Shown here one piece after another: positions 29,631-46,867 of a DNA stretch of 64,000 nucleotides. Under the pieces are notes generated by a model. That model was not told the origin of the DNA. It did not search any database and worked only from the letters and a program-made list of their open reading frames with translations. The DNA lies in NCBI RefSeq assembly GCF_009914755.1, contig NC_060930.1. One strand, 5' to 3'. How positions within the stretch are numbered: the first letter of the stretch is position 1; each line of letters opens with the position of its first letter. A program made the translations under genes and the position numbers. The stretch comes from the human T2T-CHM13v2.0 reference genome, Homo sapiens.

Positions 29631-31283
29631 AATGTGCTCTTTTATCACCTAATAAGAAAATTAATATAAAATGCGTCTTTGTGAATCACTGTTAATATTG
29701 AATGGACCTTGTGAGAAGATTGTAATTAATACTACTTCATTGTGAACAACTAAACTGAAGAAAAAAAGGCTTAAGCCTTCAATGCAAAGAAATTCATCCT
29801 TCATGAAGAATTCTCAGTAGTTCTAATGGATTCTATTCCAGGATGGTAATTCTTGTGAAGTGAGACCAAATTGTAGCTGAGTTGAATTTTAATTGTTGAA
29901 TAATCACTGTGTAATTAATTCCAGAGAATGACTGAGATTATGAAATAGTAACTGAGTACTTGAACTACTCTGAAACTTTAGATTTATCTGACCTTAATGC
30001 CTACGGACTTAAAGTTGTTAGTGTAAAGACTCGAGAATGAATTTTGGTGTAGGCGGAAGGCAGCAGCTTTAAAAGAAATCATCCTATGTTGGTGGTTAGG
30101 AGTCAAGGCAAAATGCCTGCAGCACCGTAGAGGAGAGGGTTTTTATTGTGAGATCTACTTTAAAAAAAACCAAAAGTTTGCTTACTTTTAACTCCGGGGA
30201 AACTGAAGCTTTTTAACCCATAAATAACATTCCTTTGAGATATTGCCATGCTTTATGAGCTGGGAAGGTGTATGGAGCTTTGGATCATATAATCAGTATG
30301 ATCGATTATTTTTGTTTATGAAAAGTTAACTGTTTGAGTAACTTTTTAAGTGCCTTGACAAAACCATTATGGTTTTATCAGGTTTTATAGAGGATCTCAG
30401 TAATGCATAAATTGTGTCTGTCTCAAGTCTTTGTCTGAAAATTAAAAAATCCAGGCATACTATTCCACTGGGAGACATTCCCATTATAATGTTTGATTTA
30501 TTGGCTACTTAGCAGAATTTTATAGAAATCTACTTTAAAAGAAACCTGACTCCCACCTAAACTTTGCCAACTGTTTGGATAAACTTTGTATTTTTATCCA
30601 TGTTTTGAGAATCTGTTATATTACTGTATTTCTTTAATTTTACTAATCCGGCACATTTGTGCAAAATGTTAAATTGGAGGGCAAGTGATGAATAGATCTG
30701 ATTTGAGGGTATTTACATTCCAACAGATTGGAACAGTCAGAAAAATCTAGTTGCTGAGTAATAGCATTATTAAAAGATGATTGCTCTACTGAATTTGCTT
30801 TTTAATGGGTTTATGACACAAAGTCCCATAAGATCTATGGATACTCAACAATCTGTATACATAAAGAATTAAATCTCTCATAGGTATGAAGTTTTCTTTT
30901 AATTTTATTTGAAATACCCAGTCAGTTATTAAATTACTTAATTCCTTGTTTATGAATTCACTAATTATTTGCTATTATCTGGTGCCCTGCTTTTGGTGCT
31001 TTTTTCCCACATCATATTAGATTATTGCCTACCATTCTGTTCTACCAGAGACCTTTCTAATATGGTCAGTGACCTTTCTAATATGCATATCTAATTAGGT
31101 GACCCTCAGTTGTCTGTAGAATAGAGTTAAGGCTGTTTACACCTTGGCATAGATCTGCCTTTATCTGTCAGGCTTTGTCTTCCACCATACTTTTTTCCCC
31201 CTTCTTCCTCTCAGTACACCCTCCAGTCTTACTAAGTAACATTTATGTCCAGTATTTCAGCTTTTAATTTCACATCTTTGAGT

Positions 31284-33972
<2,689 letters not shown>

Positions 33973-34045
33973 AACCAGGCGCGGTGGCTCATGTCTGTAA
34001 TCCCAGCACTTTGGGAGGCCAAGGCGGGTGGATCACCGGAGGTCA

Positions 34046-34294
<249 letters not shown>

Positions 34295-35968
34295 TTATGT
34301 GACACACCTAGGTTAAGGAAGAACAAACATGTTTGTAGGCAAGAGAGTCTCATTTTTGTAATTCATCATCAACTTTTGAAATGTTAAAATTAATATTTAA
34401 AAAGTATTAGCTCTAGCGAGTCAATAAGGCAAGCAAATATATAGACTTGTTTGTAAAGCAAGAAAATATTTACTTTCTTTTTTTCCCTTTGAATTTACTT
34501 ACTACAAGGTAGGGTTTGTGTGTAGCCTAGAGTTTGAACCTTCATTTCAAGGAATGAAATGAAACAAGATGGCTCTTGTTTCTTGATTTTTGCCTGTTTT
34601 TTGAGCCTAAGTTAGTGTTCTCAAATGGGGAAAAGATGAGAAGGAGAGGGTAGGTGTAGACTAACTTTACCCATGTTACAGTGCTTTGGGATAGAAGCAT
34701 AGCACTGCTTCTCTGAGTATTTCCTGCTTCCCCCCAGGCATTTGAGTACCTGGGATATTATCACTTTAGTTATTCCCCTTCCCCCAATAATTAATTCCAA
34801 TTCTTTTAATGGCAGTGGTGGTAACTTTAAGACTTTAGGAGTTTCTAGGATCTTATTTCTATGTGTGGTTTAGTTTTTTATTTAGAAAGAATGTGCTTTT
34901 CTTTTTTGTTTAGGATGAAAAATACTAATTTTTTTTCTGGTGCTATGCCTGACACATATTGGGAATTCAATAAATGTTTGTAGAATGCATTTGTAATAAT
35001 TTCACTTCATGGTTCAACCCCCCTCCAGACTCTACTCTCCCCAAACAGTCCCGTAATAAGAGTGAGCCCTTACTTTCACGAAAGAAAATTCAAAATTGGT
35101 ATGCGGCTGAACAAAGGTAAGTGAGTCAACATAATCACTCAGAAGCACCATACAGTGTGTTTCCCAACACAATTAAGAGGAGACAGGACCTGGGAGCTGC
35201 CGAGAAGTACAGAGGCTTCCATCTCAAGGGCCTTCAGTTACAAGTGGATGTCCTTAATGTATTTTCAGTATTTCACAAAGCCTGATGGAGGGTTTATATT
35301 TGCTATGATTAAGCTGAAGTAGGCTAAGGTGTCAGATTTCTTACTGGAGTAATACCCAGCCTGGGTGACAGAGTGAGACCCTGTCTCAAAAAAAGAAAAA
35401 GAAATTGTCATTTAATAAGAAGAGGATCACTATGAACGAAACAAATTTAAACGGGGAGCTAGGAGGTCAGTTTAGGATATGAAAAGTTTGAGATGGCTGT
35501 TGATTTCCTAAGTAGTGATATTGAATAGGCTATGTGCTCTAGATGTCTGGAGTTAGGAGAGAGGTATAAGTTGGAGATAGAAAATGGGGCATTACTATTT
35601 TTTTGAGACAGGGTCTCACTCCATTACCCAGGCTGGAGTGCAGTGGCACAATCTTGACTCACTACAATCTCCATCCCCCAGGTTCAAGCAGTTCTCGTGT
35701 GTCAGCCACCTGAATAGCCGGAATTACAGGTGCATGCCACCACACCCGGCTAATTTTTGTATTTTTAGTAGAGATGGGATTTCCCCATGTTGGCCAGGCT
35801 GGTCTTGAACTCCTGAGCTCAAGTTATCCACCTGCCTCTGCCTTCTGAAGTGCTGGCATTACAGGTGTGTGAGCCACCGTGCCTGGCCACATGGGGCGTT
35901 ATTAGCATATTAATAACATTGATGCCATGATTAGCCATATGGATAATGTTTAAAGCCGTAAGACTAGA

Positions 35969-36134
35969 TGTATTACTTTGTTTTCACACTTTATAAAGAA
36001 CTTCCCTGAGACTGGGTCATTTATAAAGGAAAGAGGTTTAATTGACTCACAGTTTTGTATGGCTGGGGAGGTGTCAGGAAATTTACAATCATGGCAGAAA
36101 GTGAAGGGGAAGCAAGCACCTTCTTCACAAGGTG
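35969..36134 (-). mobile_element. THE1D/MSTA-like LTR 3' fragment
   Basis: tgtattac..ctgagactgggtcatttataaaggaaagaggtttaattgactcacagtt. Confidence 0.8.
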
Positions 36135-36139
36135 CTTCA

Positions 36140-36232
36140 CAGAAAAGAGGAGGGAGAAAGAGAAGAGCGGGGAGAGGAGGGAAAGAGAGGGACGAGAGGA
36201 GAGGAGGAGGAGGGAGGAGAGGAGAGGAGGGG
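36140..36232 (+). repeat. GA-rich low-complexity tract
   Basis: Almost pure purine. Confidence 0.9.
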
Positions 36233-36442
36233 TGGTTGTTCTTGCATGGCTTAAGAAGGAATAGGATCTGGTGGGTGAGTAGCGACTGGTTTTAGATAGG
36301 AGTAAGAATAATTTGGACTTAGTAACAGAATGAAAGGAAGACTGTATGGGCACAGATGCAGCTTGATATGTAGAGGTGGTGGTGAGAGCTTAATTTTTTT
36401 TTTTATGAGAAAACTTGCATTTGCATTTTCAGAGATAGTTTA

Positions 36443-36697
<255 letters not shown>

Positions 36698-36700
36698 TCA

Positions 36701-36799
<99 letters not shown>

Positions 36800-37039
36800 T
36801 CATCTCAAAAAAAAAAAAATGTGATTCTCATCTTATAGAATATCTGAATATACTTATTGCATAATTTGTATGTCAATTAAGAAAGAATAATATATTTTAT
36901 AATTGATTCAAGAAATGAAAAATTTCAGTGAAAATTTCCAATTCTTTTGATTGTCTCTCTGATTCTCAGGGAGTCATTTAAATGCAATACTAAGCGGAAG
37001 ACAAAATTAACTCCCTGTAAAAAGCATGTTTACCTTTTA

Positions 37040-37420
<381 letters not shown>

Positions 37421-38710
37421 TCACTAGCCTCAACATCCCAGGCTGAAGTGATCCTTCCACTTCAGCCTCCCACCACGCCAGCTGGGACCACAGGCATGCA
37501 CCACTTCACCCAGCTAGTTTTTGTATTTTTTGTAGAGACAGGGATCTCACTTTGTTGCCCAGGCTGGTCTTGAACTCTTGGGCTCAAGCAATCTCTCCAG
37601 CTTGGCCTCTCAAAGTTCTGGGATTACAGGCATGAGCCACTGCACCTGGTGGAAAAATCTCTTAAACCTAGCACAAATTACAGAACTAGGTAACTTCTGG
37701 GTGTATCATTGGATAATAAACAAGATTAGTCACAGCATATGGAATATTTAAATCACCTGGGATGAATATCTTGCTATTATATTCTGATACTTTAATATCT
37801 GTGAAAGAAATTTTGACTAGGTAAACTGGGATGTTTAGTCTCTTAAAAATACAGGGCTTTTTCTGAAAAAGTCTACTTTTTGTCCATATTATTGTAATAA
37901 CGATTGCATATATTATATGAATTATGTCTAAATCCAAATCTGTCTTGTGATGGTAATTTACGCAGGTGTTTATATTTGAAATATAGTTTATGATTTCTTC
38001 TCTGAAAATCTGTAAGAAAATCATATAATCAGTTCTCACAATTCAGATTGTATTGTATTTATAGTAATTTTCCTGGTATCAGTTCCAAATCACGTATTTT
38101 AAAATATTTCATAGTAAGCTTATTAATGACATACTTGCTTTTTTTTTTATCCCCTTTTTTTGTTAGCACATCAATCTTAACTATACCAGTTAAGTTAGTG
38201 GTGGTGTTCACTGTTTTAAGAATCAAGTGATAGCAGACTTAGCTTTAAGCATTGATTGCTACATTGGAGTTTCCTAGGTTATACTTGGAAGTCACTTTGT
38301 GAAAAGGTCATACATCAGGACCAGGGCCATAATCAACTAGACTTTCAGAAGGGGTGTCATAGCTGGAATGGACATTTGTCTTATTTTGAGAAACAGTTGA
38401 TCTGCGTATTTTGTCATCAGTATCTCAGCCTAAAGCAGTGCCTGGTACTTAGCAGGTGCTCAGTAAATATTCATTGAAAAAAAAATCAAAATTACTTCTT
38501 AATTAAATTGTGGTAGTTAATTTTTAGATATTGTTAATGTTCAGATATTTTCTTCTTTGTCCCGAGTTTGGACTTAGTGATGGGTCTTTTCTTTCCATTG
38601 TTAATAAAAGTTTATTGCTGATAAAACCAAGATATTCACAATAAGTTCAGTACTTATGTTCAATTAATACTATATCATAGCAATAAAAAACCCAAATTTT
38701 GTACAACTAG

Positions 38711-39014
<304 letters not shown>

Positions 39015-39708
39015 CTTTTCAAGGTAATTTACTGACTAAAGGGAACCCTGCTGAAATGTTTTTGAGAATGATTCAATTCCTGAACTTTGGTTCGGGAACC
39101 GAAATGCTTGATAAAAGATTGTGCTAGGTGCACACAAAACTTACTAGCCACAGCCAACTGTTAACCTTGTGCCCCATTTTCTCACAGTATCTGGATACCA
39201 GGGAAGCTAATAGCCTTAGGATACACTGATAGAGGTGAGAGGAGTTGCCGGTTTAAAACTTGTATGCCAAAGGTGCACATAACATTGTTTTGAGCAGCAA
39301 GGCCAGGGCTTGGCCAGATGAAAGAGTAATCTTTTTAAAGGCAAACTTGATAGATCTACCCCACCCCTTCATACTCCCCTCCACTGGAATTTAAGATCCC
39401 TGAGGGCAGGGATTTTGCCAATTCTGTTTACTCTTCTATTCTAACTGATTGTTTTCCTATTAGCTAGAAGGCTCCCTGAGGCCAGATACCTTGTCTCTTT
39501 TTGCTCACCTTTATACCCCCAACACCTGGCAGTATGTGGTACATGGTAGGTGGCTAAATAAATAATAGTTAACAGAATAAATGACTCCGTAAGGCAGTCT
39601 TGGAAGGATTCTGTTTGCCATATGCTTTCTCCTTTTTGGTGTCTTATTCTAGCACTTACAGCCAAAACCCAAATTACTTTTAGTTGGTACTTAATGTCTA
39701 ATACCCTA

Positions 39709-39857
39709 ACATATATATACACATATATATGCGCATATATATATACACACACACACATATATATACATATATACACACATATATAATATATACACATATA
39801 TACATATATACACATATGTACACATATATACACATATATACACACACATATATATAT

Positions 39858-39888
<31 letters not shown>
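39709..39888 (+). repeat. Complex (CA/TA)n microsatellite at the tail of an Alu(-) (39889-40169)
   Basis: About 180 bp of alternating purine-pyrimidine. Confidence 0.95.
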
Positions 39889-39906
<18 letters not shown>

Positions 39907-39908
39907 GA

Positions 39909-40052
<144 letters not shown>

Positions 40053-41052
40053 TAATTTTTGTATTTTTAGGAGCAATGGGGTTTCACCGTGTTAGCCAGG
40101 CTGGTCTCGAACTCCTGCCTCGGCCTCCCAAAGTGTTGGGATTACAGGTGCGAGCCACAGTGCCCGGCCTTAACCTAACTATATTTCTAAAAGGGTAACT
40201 TTTGAAAATAATGGTGACATGGCAGGCAACAGCTCATGTTTTGTGATATGAATCTGCCTATTCTGCCTGTAGTATTTAATACATAGATGTTATTGGAGTT
40301 ATCATTGGAGATGCAGATAAAAGAGAATATAGTGGTGTATGTTTTTGTTACTCTTGCCTGCAATAAGTTTGCTCCCCAGGGAGCCTCCTGGTGATATACT
40401 TTTAACCTTTTGACACAGAAGAAATGAAAAATTAGTGTAGTAGCTTTGAAAAGCCACGATTGCCTTCTGTGGATTACATGGTGCTTCTGTGGATTACTTC
40501 TACACATTACTATAGTGTTTGCATTAAAAATACATTATCAATTGTCAATTAAGTACTAAAAGTAAGATAATTTTCAGTTGATGATGGGGAATTATCTCTC
40601 TTAGAATAACTAAGAATTTCCAAGATTTAAAATTTCCTTAACCCCAATAATTCTTATTATTTTTTTCTTTTAGTATTTGTGCAAAGTATATGTAGTTAGA
40701 AAGTTAGAATGTGTTTAAGACTTCTAGTACAATAGCACTGGGAATTGAGACTGTCTTAAAAATTTCCCTTATAGTGAGTGAGTATCTTTTTAAGTACTCT
40801 TCATATGCAAACATGTTTAGTTAGAATGAATATTGACCACATGGATTTTCTGAAAGATTTTTCTGGGAACAGATATTAACATATCTGAAAGAATTTTGTC
40901 ATCTTTGGTGGGGTGAATAAATCAGACTTCATTAATGAAGGATAATTTGTATTTAAATATTTAGGATTCCAAAAACAATTAAATGAAGACATTAAAAAAA
41001 GAGGTTTATTCTAGTGAAAACCTTGCACTAGATACAAAGTAATACTTAATTT

Positions 41053-41248
41053 AAGCCTGGGCAACATGGCAAAACCTCTTCTCTACTAAAAATACAAAAA
41101 AATTAGCTGGATGTGGTGGCACATGCTTGTAGTTCCCAGCCATTTGTGAGGCTGAGGCATGAGAATTGCTTGAACCTGGGAGGCAGAGGTTGCAGTGAGC
41201 TGAGATCATGCCACTGCACTCCAGCCTGGGCAACAGAGCAAGACTCTG
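41053..41248 (+). mobile_element. 5'-truncated Alu
   Basis: Starts at agcctgggcaacatgg; poly-A tail. Confidence 0.88.
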
Positions 41249-41351
41249 TCTCAAAAAAAAAAAAAAAATTAATAGAAGGGGGAAGTGAGTGTCCATGGCT
41301 TCTTCCAGGCAGAAGTACATCATTATCACATAGAATAAGACATGTTCAGAT

Positions 41352-41850
41352 TGTTGGGAACAAGCGCCCCAAAATCTGGCCATAAACTGGCACCAAAACT
41401 GGCCATAAACAAAATCTCTGCAGCACTGTGACATGTTCATGATGGCCATAACGCCCATGCTGGAAGGTTGTGGGTTTACTGGAATGAGGGCAAGGAACAC
41501 CTGGCCCGCCCAGGGCGGAAAACTGCTTAAAGACATTCTTAAGCCACAAACAATAGCATGAGTGAGCTGTGCCTTAAGGACATGTTCCTGCTGCAGATAA
41601 CTAGCCAGACCCACCCCTTTATTTAGGCCCATCCTATACTTTTAGTTAATCTAATGTCTGTAGAAACAATGCTAATGACTGGCTTGCTGTTAATAAATAC
41701 GTGGGTAAATGTCTGTTCGGGGCTCTCAGCTCTGAAGGCTGTGAGACCCTTGATTTCCCACTTCACACCTCTATATTTCTGTGTGTGTGTGTGTCTTTAA
41801 TTCCTCTAGTGCCACTGGGTTAGGGTCTCCTGACAGAGCTGGTCTCAGCA
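41352..41850 (+). mobile_element. MER9 solo LTR (HERV-K HML-3)
   Basis: TGTTGGGAAC..aaaatctggccataaactgg ... gagctggtctcagCA; CAGAT duplicated on both sides; AATAAA at 41692. Confidence 0.9.
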
Positions 41851-42418
41851 CAGATAAAAAACTGAACTGGGCCACAGTCATTTGGGCAGTGACTGTCTTT
41901 GATGACAGTGCTCAGCGTGGCTGTCTCTTGGATCATATTGTTCCAATCTGGACTGGGAGTTTGCCTCTGTATAGAGTTCTAGGTTAGAATTAATTTTCCT
42001 CCAGAATTTTAAAAACATTGTTTTATTTACTTACTGCTTTGAGTGTTGTTGAAGCCATTGTGATTAATGATCCTTAGAAGGACCTGTTCTTTTTTCTTCT
42101 TTTCTCACTAATCTCTCTGGAAATATGTAGCACATTTTATTTATTTCTGGTGTTCTGAAATTTGACAGTGGTGTCTCTGTGTGTCTGTTTTCTAGTACAC
42201 TGTTGAGGACTCCATGGAAATTTTGACTAGACTCTAGAAAATCATGTCTTTTGGTTCTGGTATATTTTCTTTGGATATTTCAAAGCCTTCTTCCTCTCTC
42301 TTTGGGGAGTGGGCATGTGGAGGGATTTTTTTTTCCTGGTATTTTGATGCTGGATTATTTTTACTAGTCTCATATTCACATTTTATTTTCCTTTTTATCT
42401 TTTCCCCCTATTTTCTAT

Positions 42419-42843
42419 TGTTACAGGAAAGGGGTCCTGATCCAGACCCCAAGAGAGAGGGTTCTTGGATCTCACACAAGAAAGAATTTCAGACGAGTCC
42501 ATAAAGTGAAAGGAAGTTTATTTAGAAAGTAAAGGAATAAAGAATAGCTCCTCCACAGACAGAGCAGCCCCAAAGGCTGCTGGCTGCCCATTTTTATGTT
42601 TATTTCTTGATTATACTACCAGAGATCTCTCTTGTTGCCATCTTGGTTTTGATGGGTTTTAGCCAGCTTCTTTACTGCAGCCCGTTTTATCAGCAGGGTC
42701 TTTATGACCTGTGTCTTCTGCTGACCTCCTCTCTCATCCTGTGACTTAGAATGCCTTAAATGTCTACAAACCAGTAGGTTTTAGCCTTATTTTACCCACC
42801 TCCTATTCAAGATGGAGTTGCTCTGGTTCACATGCCTCTGACG
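42419..42843 (-). mobile_element. MER41 solo LTR, internally deleted
   Basis: Minus strand: gtcagaggcatgtgaaccagagcaactccatcttgaatagg ... ggacccctttcctgtaaca. Confidence 0.9.
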
Positions 42844-43005
42844 CTCTTCCATTTTATCTTAACTCTGAAAGGTTGCCTCGTCTTTATCTTCTATAGCTTC
42901 TAGTGAATATTTCATTTCTATTATTATGTTGTTAAAGAAAAATTATTCTAACACTTGTTAAAACAGCAAGGAATACTTTATTCAAGGACTCTTGTGGTAG
43001 GGGTG

Positions 43006-43415
43006 GTATTAGTCTGCTAGAAGTGTAGACTGCTCAGGCTGCCGTAATAAAATACCACAAACGTTTGTATTCTGACACAGAAATTTAGTTTTTTCACAGT
43101 TTTGTAACCTGGATATCTGACGTCAGTGTGTCACCGTGGTTGGGTTCTGATAAGAGCACTTTTCCTGGCTTATAGATGGCAGCCTTTTCTCTGTGTGTTC
43201 CCTTGGCCTTTCCATGGTGCATGTACTCGGACAGAGATCTATTTCTCTCTCTTCCTCTTATTATATGGCCACCAATCCTATCTGATTAGAACCCTACCCT
43301 TCTGACCTCATTTAATCTTAATTACCTCCTGAAAGCCCTGTCTCCAAATACAGAGACATTGAGGGTTAAGGCTTAAACATATGAATTTGGGGGGAACAAA
43401 ATTCAGTCCATAGCA
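43006..43415 (-). mobile_element. MLT1A/B-like MaLR LTR
   Basis: tattagtctgct...ggctgccgtaataaaataccaca ... atatgaatttggggg..aaattcagtccatagca. Confidence 0.8.
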
Positions 43416-43500
43416 GTACTTTCAGTTCATATGAAGGGGTATTGCAGTAGGTGGGAGAGATGGGCCTCAACTCCTGAATATGGCAGAGACAGCTGGGGAT

Positions 43501-44141
43501 TGTGAACCCAGAATATCTAAGACAGGTCTCAACCAATTTAGAAAGTTTATTTTGAAACCAATTTAGAAAGGTTAAGGATGCACCTGTGACTCAGCCACAG
43601 GAGGTTCTGAGGACATGTACCCAAGGTGGTCAGGGCACAACTTGGTTTTATATGTTTTAGGTAGACATGAGACATCAATTAATTTCTGTAAGATGTACAT
43701 TAGTTTCATCTGGAAAGGTGGGTAAACTCAAGGCAGGGGGAGGGGACTTCCAAATCATAGGTAGATAAGAGACAAACTATTGCATTCTTTTGAGTCTCTG
43801 ATTAGCCTTTCACAGAATACACAATTTACAGGTGAGAGGAGGGTAGAGGAAATAATCTTATGCCCTAGTCTGGCTTAGTGAAACAATATGGCAGAAGAAG
43901 CAATGAGATATGCGTTTGTCTCACATGAGCCTCAGCGAGATGACTGAGTTCTGGCTGTCCTTCATCCACAAGGAATTTCCATGTGGGCAAATTGTGAGGG
44001 AGGCATGTAACTTTTTAAAAAATGTTTGTAGCTATCTTGTTTAGGAATAAAATGGGAGGCAGGCCTGCCTGACATAGTCCCCAGCTTGACTTTTTCCTTG
44101 GCTTAGTGATGTTGGGGTTCCGAGATTTTTTTCCTTTCACA
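43501..44141 (-). mobile_element. MER4A-like solo LTR
   Basis: TG...CA ends, minus strand starts tgtgaaaggaaaa, 4-bp TSD GGAT. Confidence 0.85.
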
Positions 44142-44273
44142 GGATTTACAGCCAAGGAACAGAGCGAGTGGATCAGTGGATGGAAAATTATTCATGGAGA
44201 CATCAAGGGCATGGAAAGTCTTGCCATACTGACTTAACAGGATTTTTGCTGAAGGCAGGTCAAGGACTTAGAG

Positions 44274-45517
<1,244 letters not shown>

Positions 45518-45697
45518 ACATGAAAGGTGGGGGATGGGAACTGGATCAAGTATCAGGGGTCGGGGAGTCTATCTAAATTGATTTAGCAGGATTCTTGCTA
45601 AAACTGGGCTGTGCAGGCCTGTCAAGAGATAGAACGGAGTTAAGGCCAAGGTTGAGGCCTAGCCTAGTTGAGGAGAGGCCTCAGAGGAGCCTAATTA

Positions 45698-45875
<178 letters not shown>

Positions 45876-46719
45876 GCAGTTTTGTTTTTTTTTTGGCATA
45901 CCCATAATTGTTTTTGGTGTTTCTCATTCCAGAGTCTTCTCCAGAGAACAGGTTCTAGACTTCTCTTGGTGGGGGTGGTGGGGATTGGGGTAGGGGGGCA
46001 GTTTTTCCATCAATATGGAGTTTGTGTGGTTGGTGTGAGGAAATCTCTCTCAGAAAACTTTCACCTAGTTTTCCTTATTTTAGATTTCTTTTCACCCTTG
46101 TTCTGGAACCTTGTACTGAATTTCTTGTATCTTTTGAGGATTCTGTAGTATAATTTGGGTTGGTTTTCATATTTTCGAATTCATGCCTTGAAATTCAGCT
46201 CTCTTGTGGTTGCTGTTGGTTGCCTCTCAACCATTTGCTTTCCAAATTAGAAAATGCTTCTGTTTTCTCCTTTTTGCTTCTCTCCATCCTCATGGGCTGA
46301 TGTGTTTGTAAAGAATCCCTGTACTGTAGATAAAGGGCTTTGATGAAGGAGCAATGTTAGCTGTGTGTGTGCCTTTAAATTTGTTACCTTAACTGGGAAG
46401 TCATAGTTAACAGTTGAAAATAGGAAAGTAGTTCGAAGTTTAATTTGCCATTCTTTTTTGGACTTTGGGAGTTTTGCTTTGCTGTGATTTTTCTTTTCTT
46501 TTTTTTCACTGTCACAAATTTTACACACAGTGATTTCAGGTAATTTTTCCTAAATGATCCCTCCTGTCTATTCTGTAATTTCTGTTTGTATTTAAAATTA
46601 CCACAACTATTGTCTTGAAACTGACTGGTGGCTTCAAACAAGGGATATAGTGGGGAAGGAAAAGAGAAAGGGGGAGGGGTATGCCTAGTATCTTTTGGGT
46701 GCCAGTAGAACAGTGATCT

Positions 46720-46866
46720 CAGTTTTATGTCACTTAATCCTCACAGCAGTTCTGAAAGGTAAGTGATATCCCACCATATGGATAAGGACAAAGATAAAAA
46801 TCGAAGAGGTTAAATAACTTACTTAAGAGCTTGTTAGAAAGTGGTGGAGCTGAGTTTCAAGCCTAG
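46720..46866 (-). mobile_element. MIR
   Basis: cacttaatcctcacagca...gaggttaaataacttact..aag...agtggtggagctgag. Confidence 0.75.
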
Positions 46867-46867
46867 G

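Noticed and set aside
41051-41632. 193-aa minus-strand ORF
   Set aside because: It runs across the antisense MER9 LTR into an Alu; a chance open frame.
46747-46764. 12-nt micro-exon (CAG|...AAG|GTAAGT)
   Set aside because: It lies within a MIR, has a weak pyrimidine tract and no supporting context.
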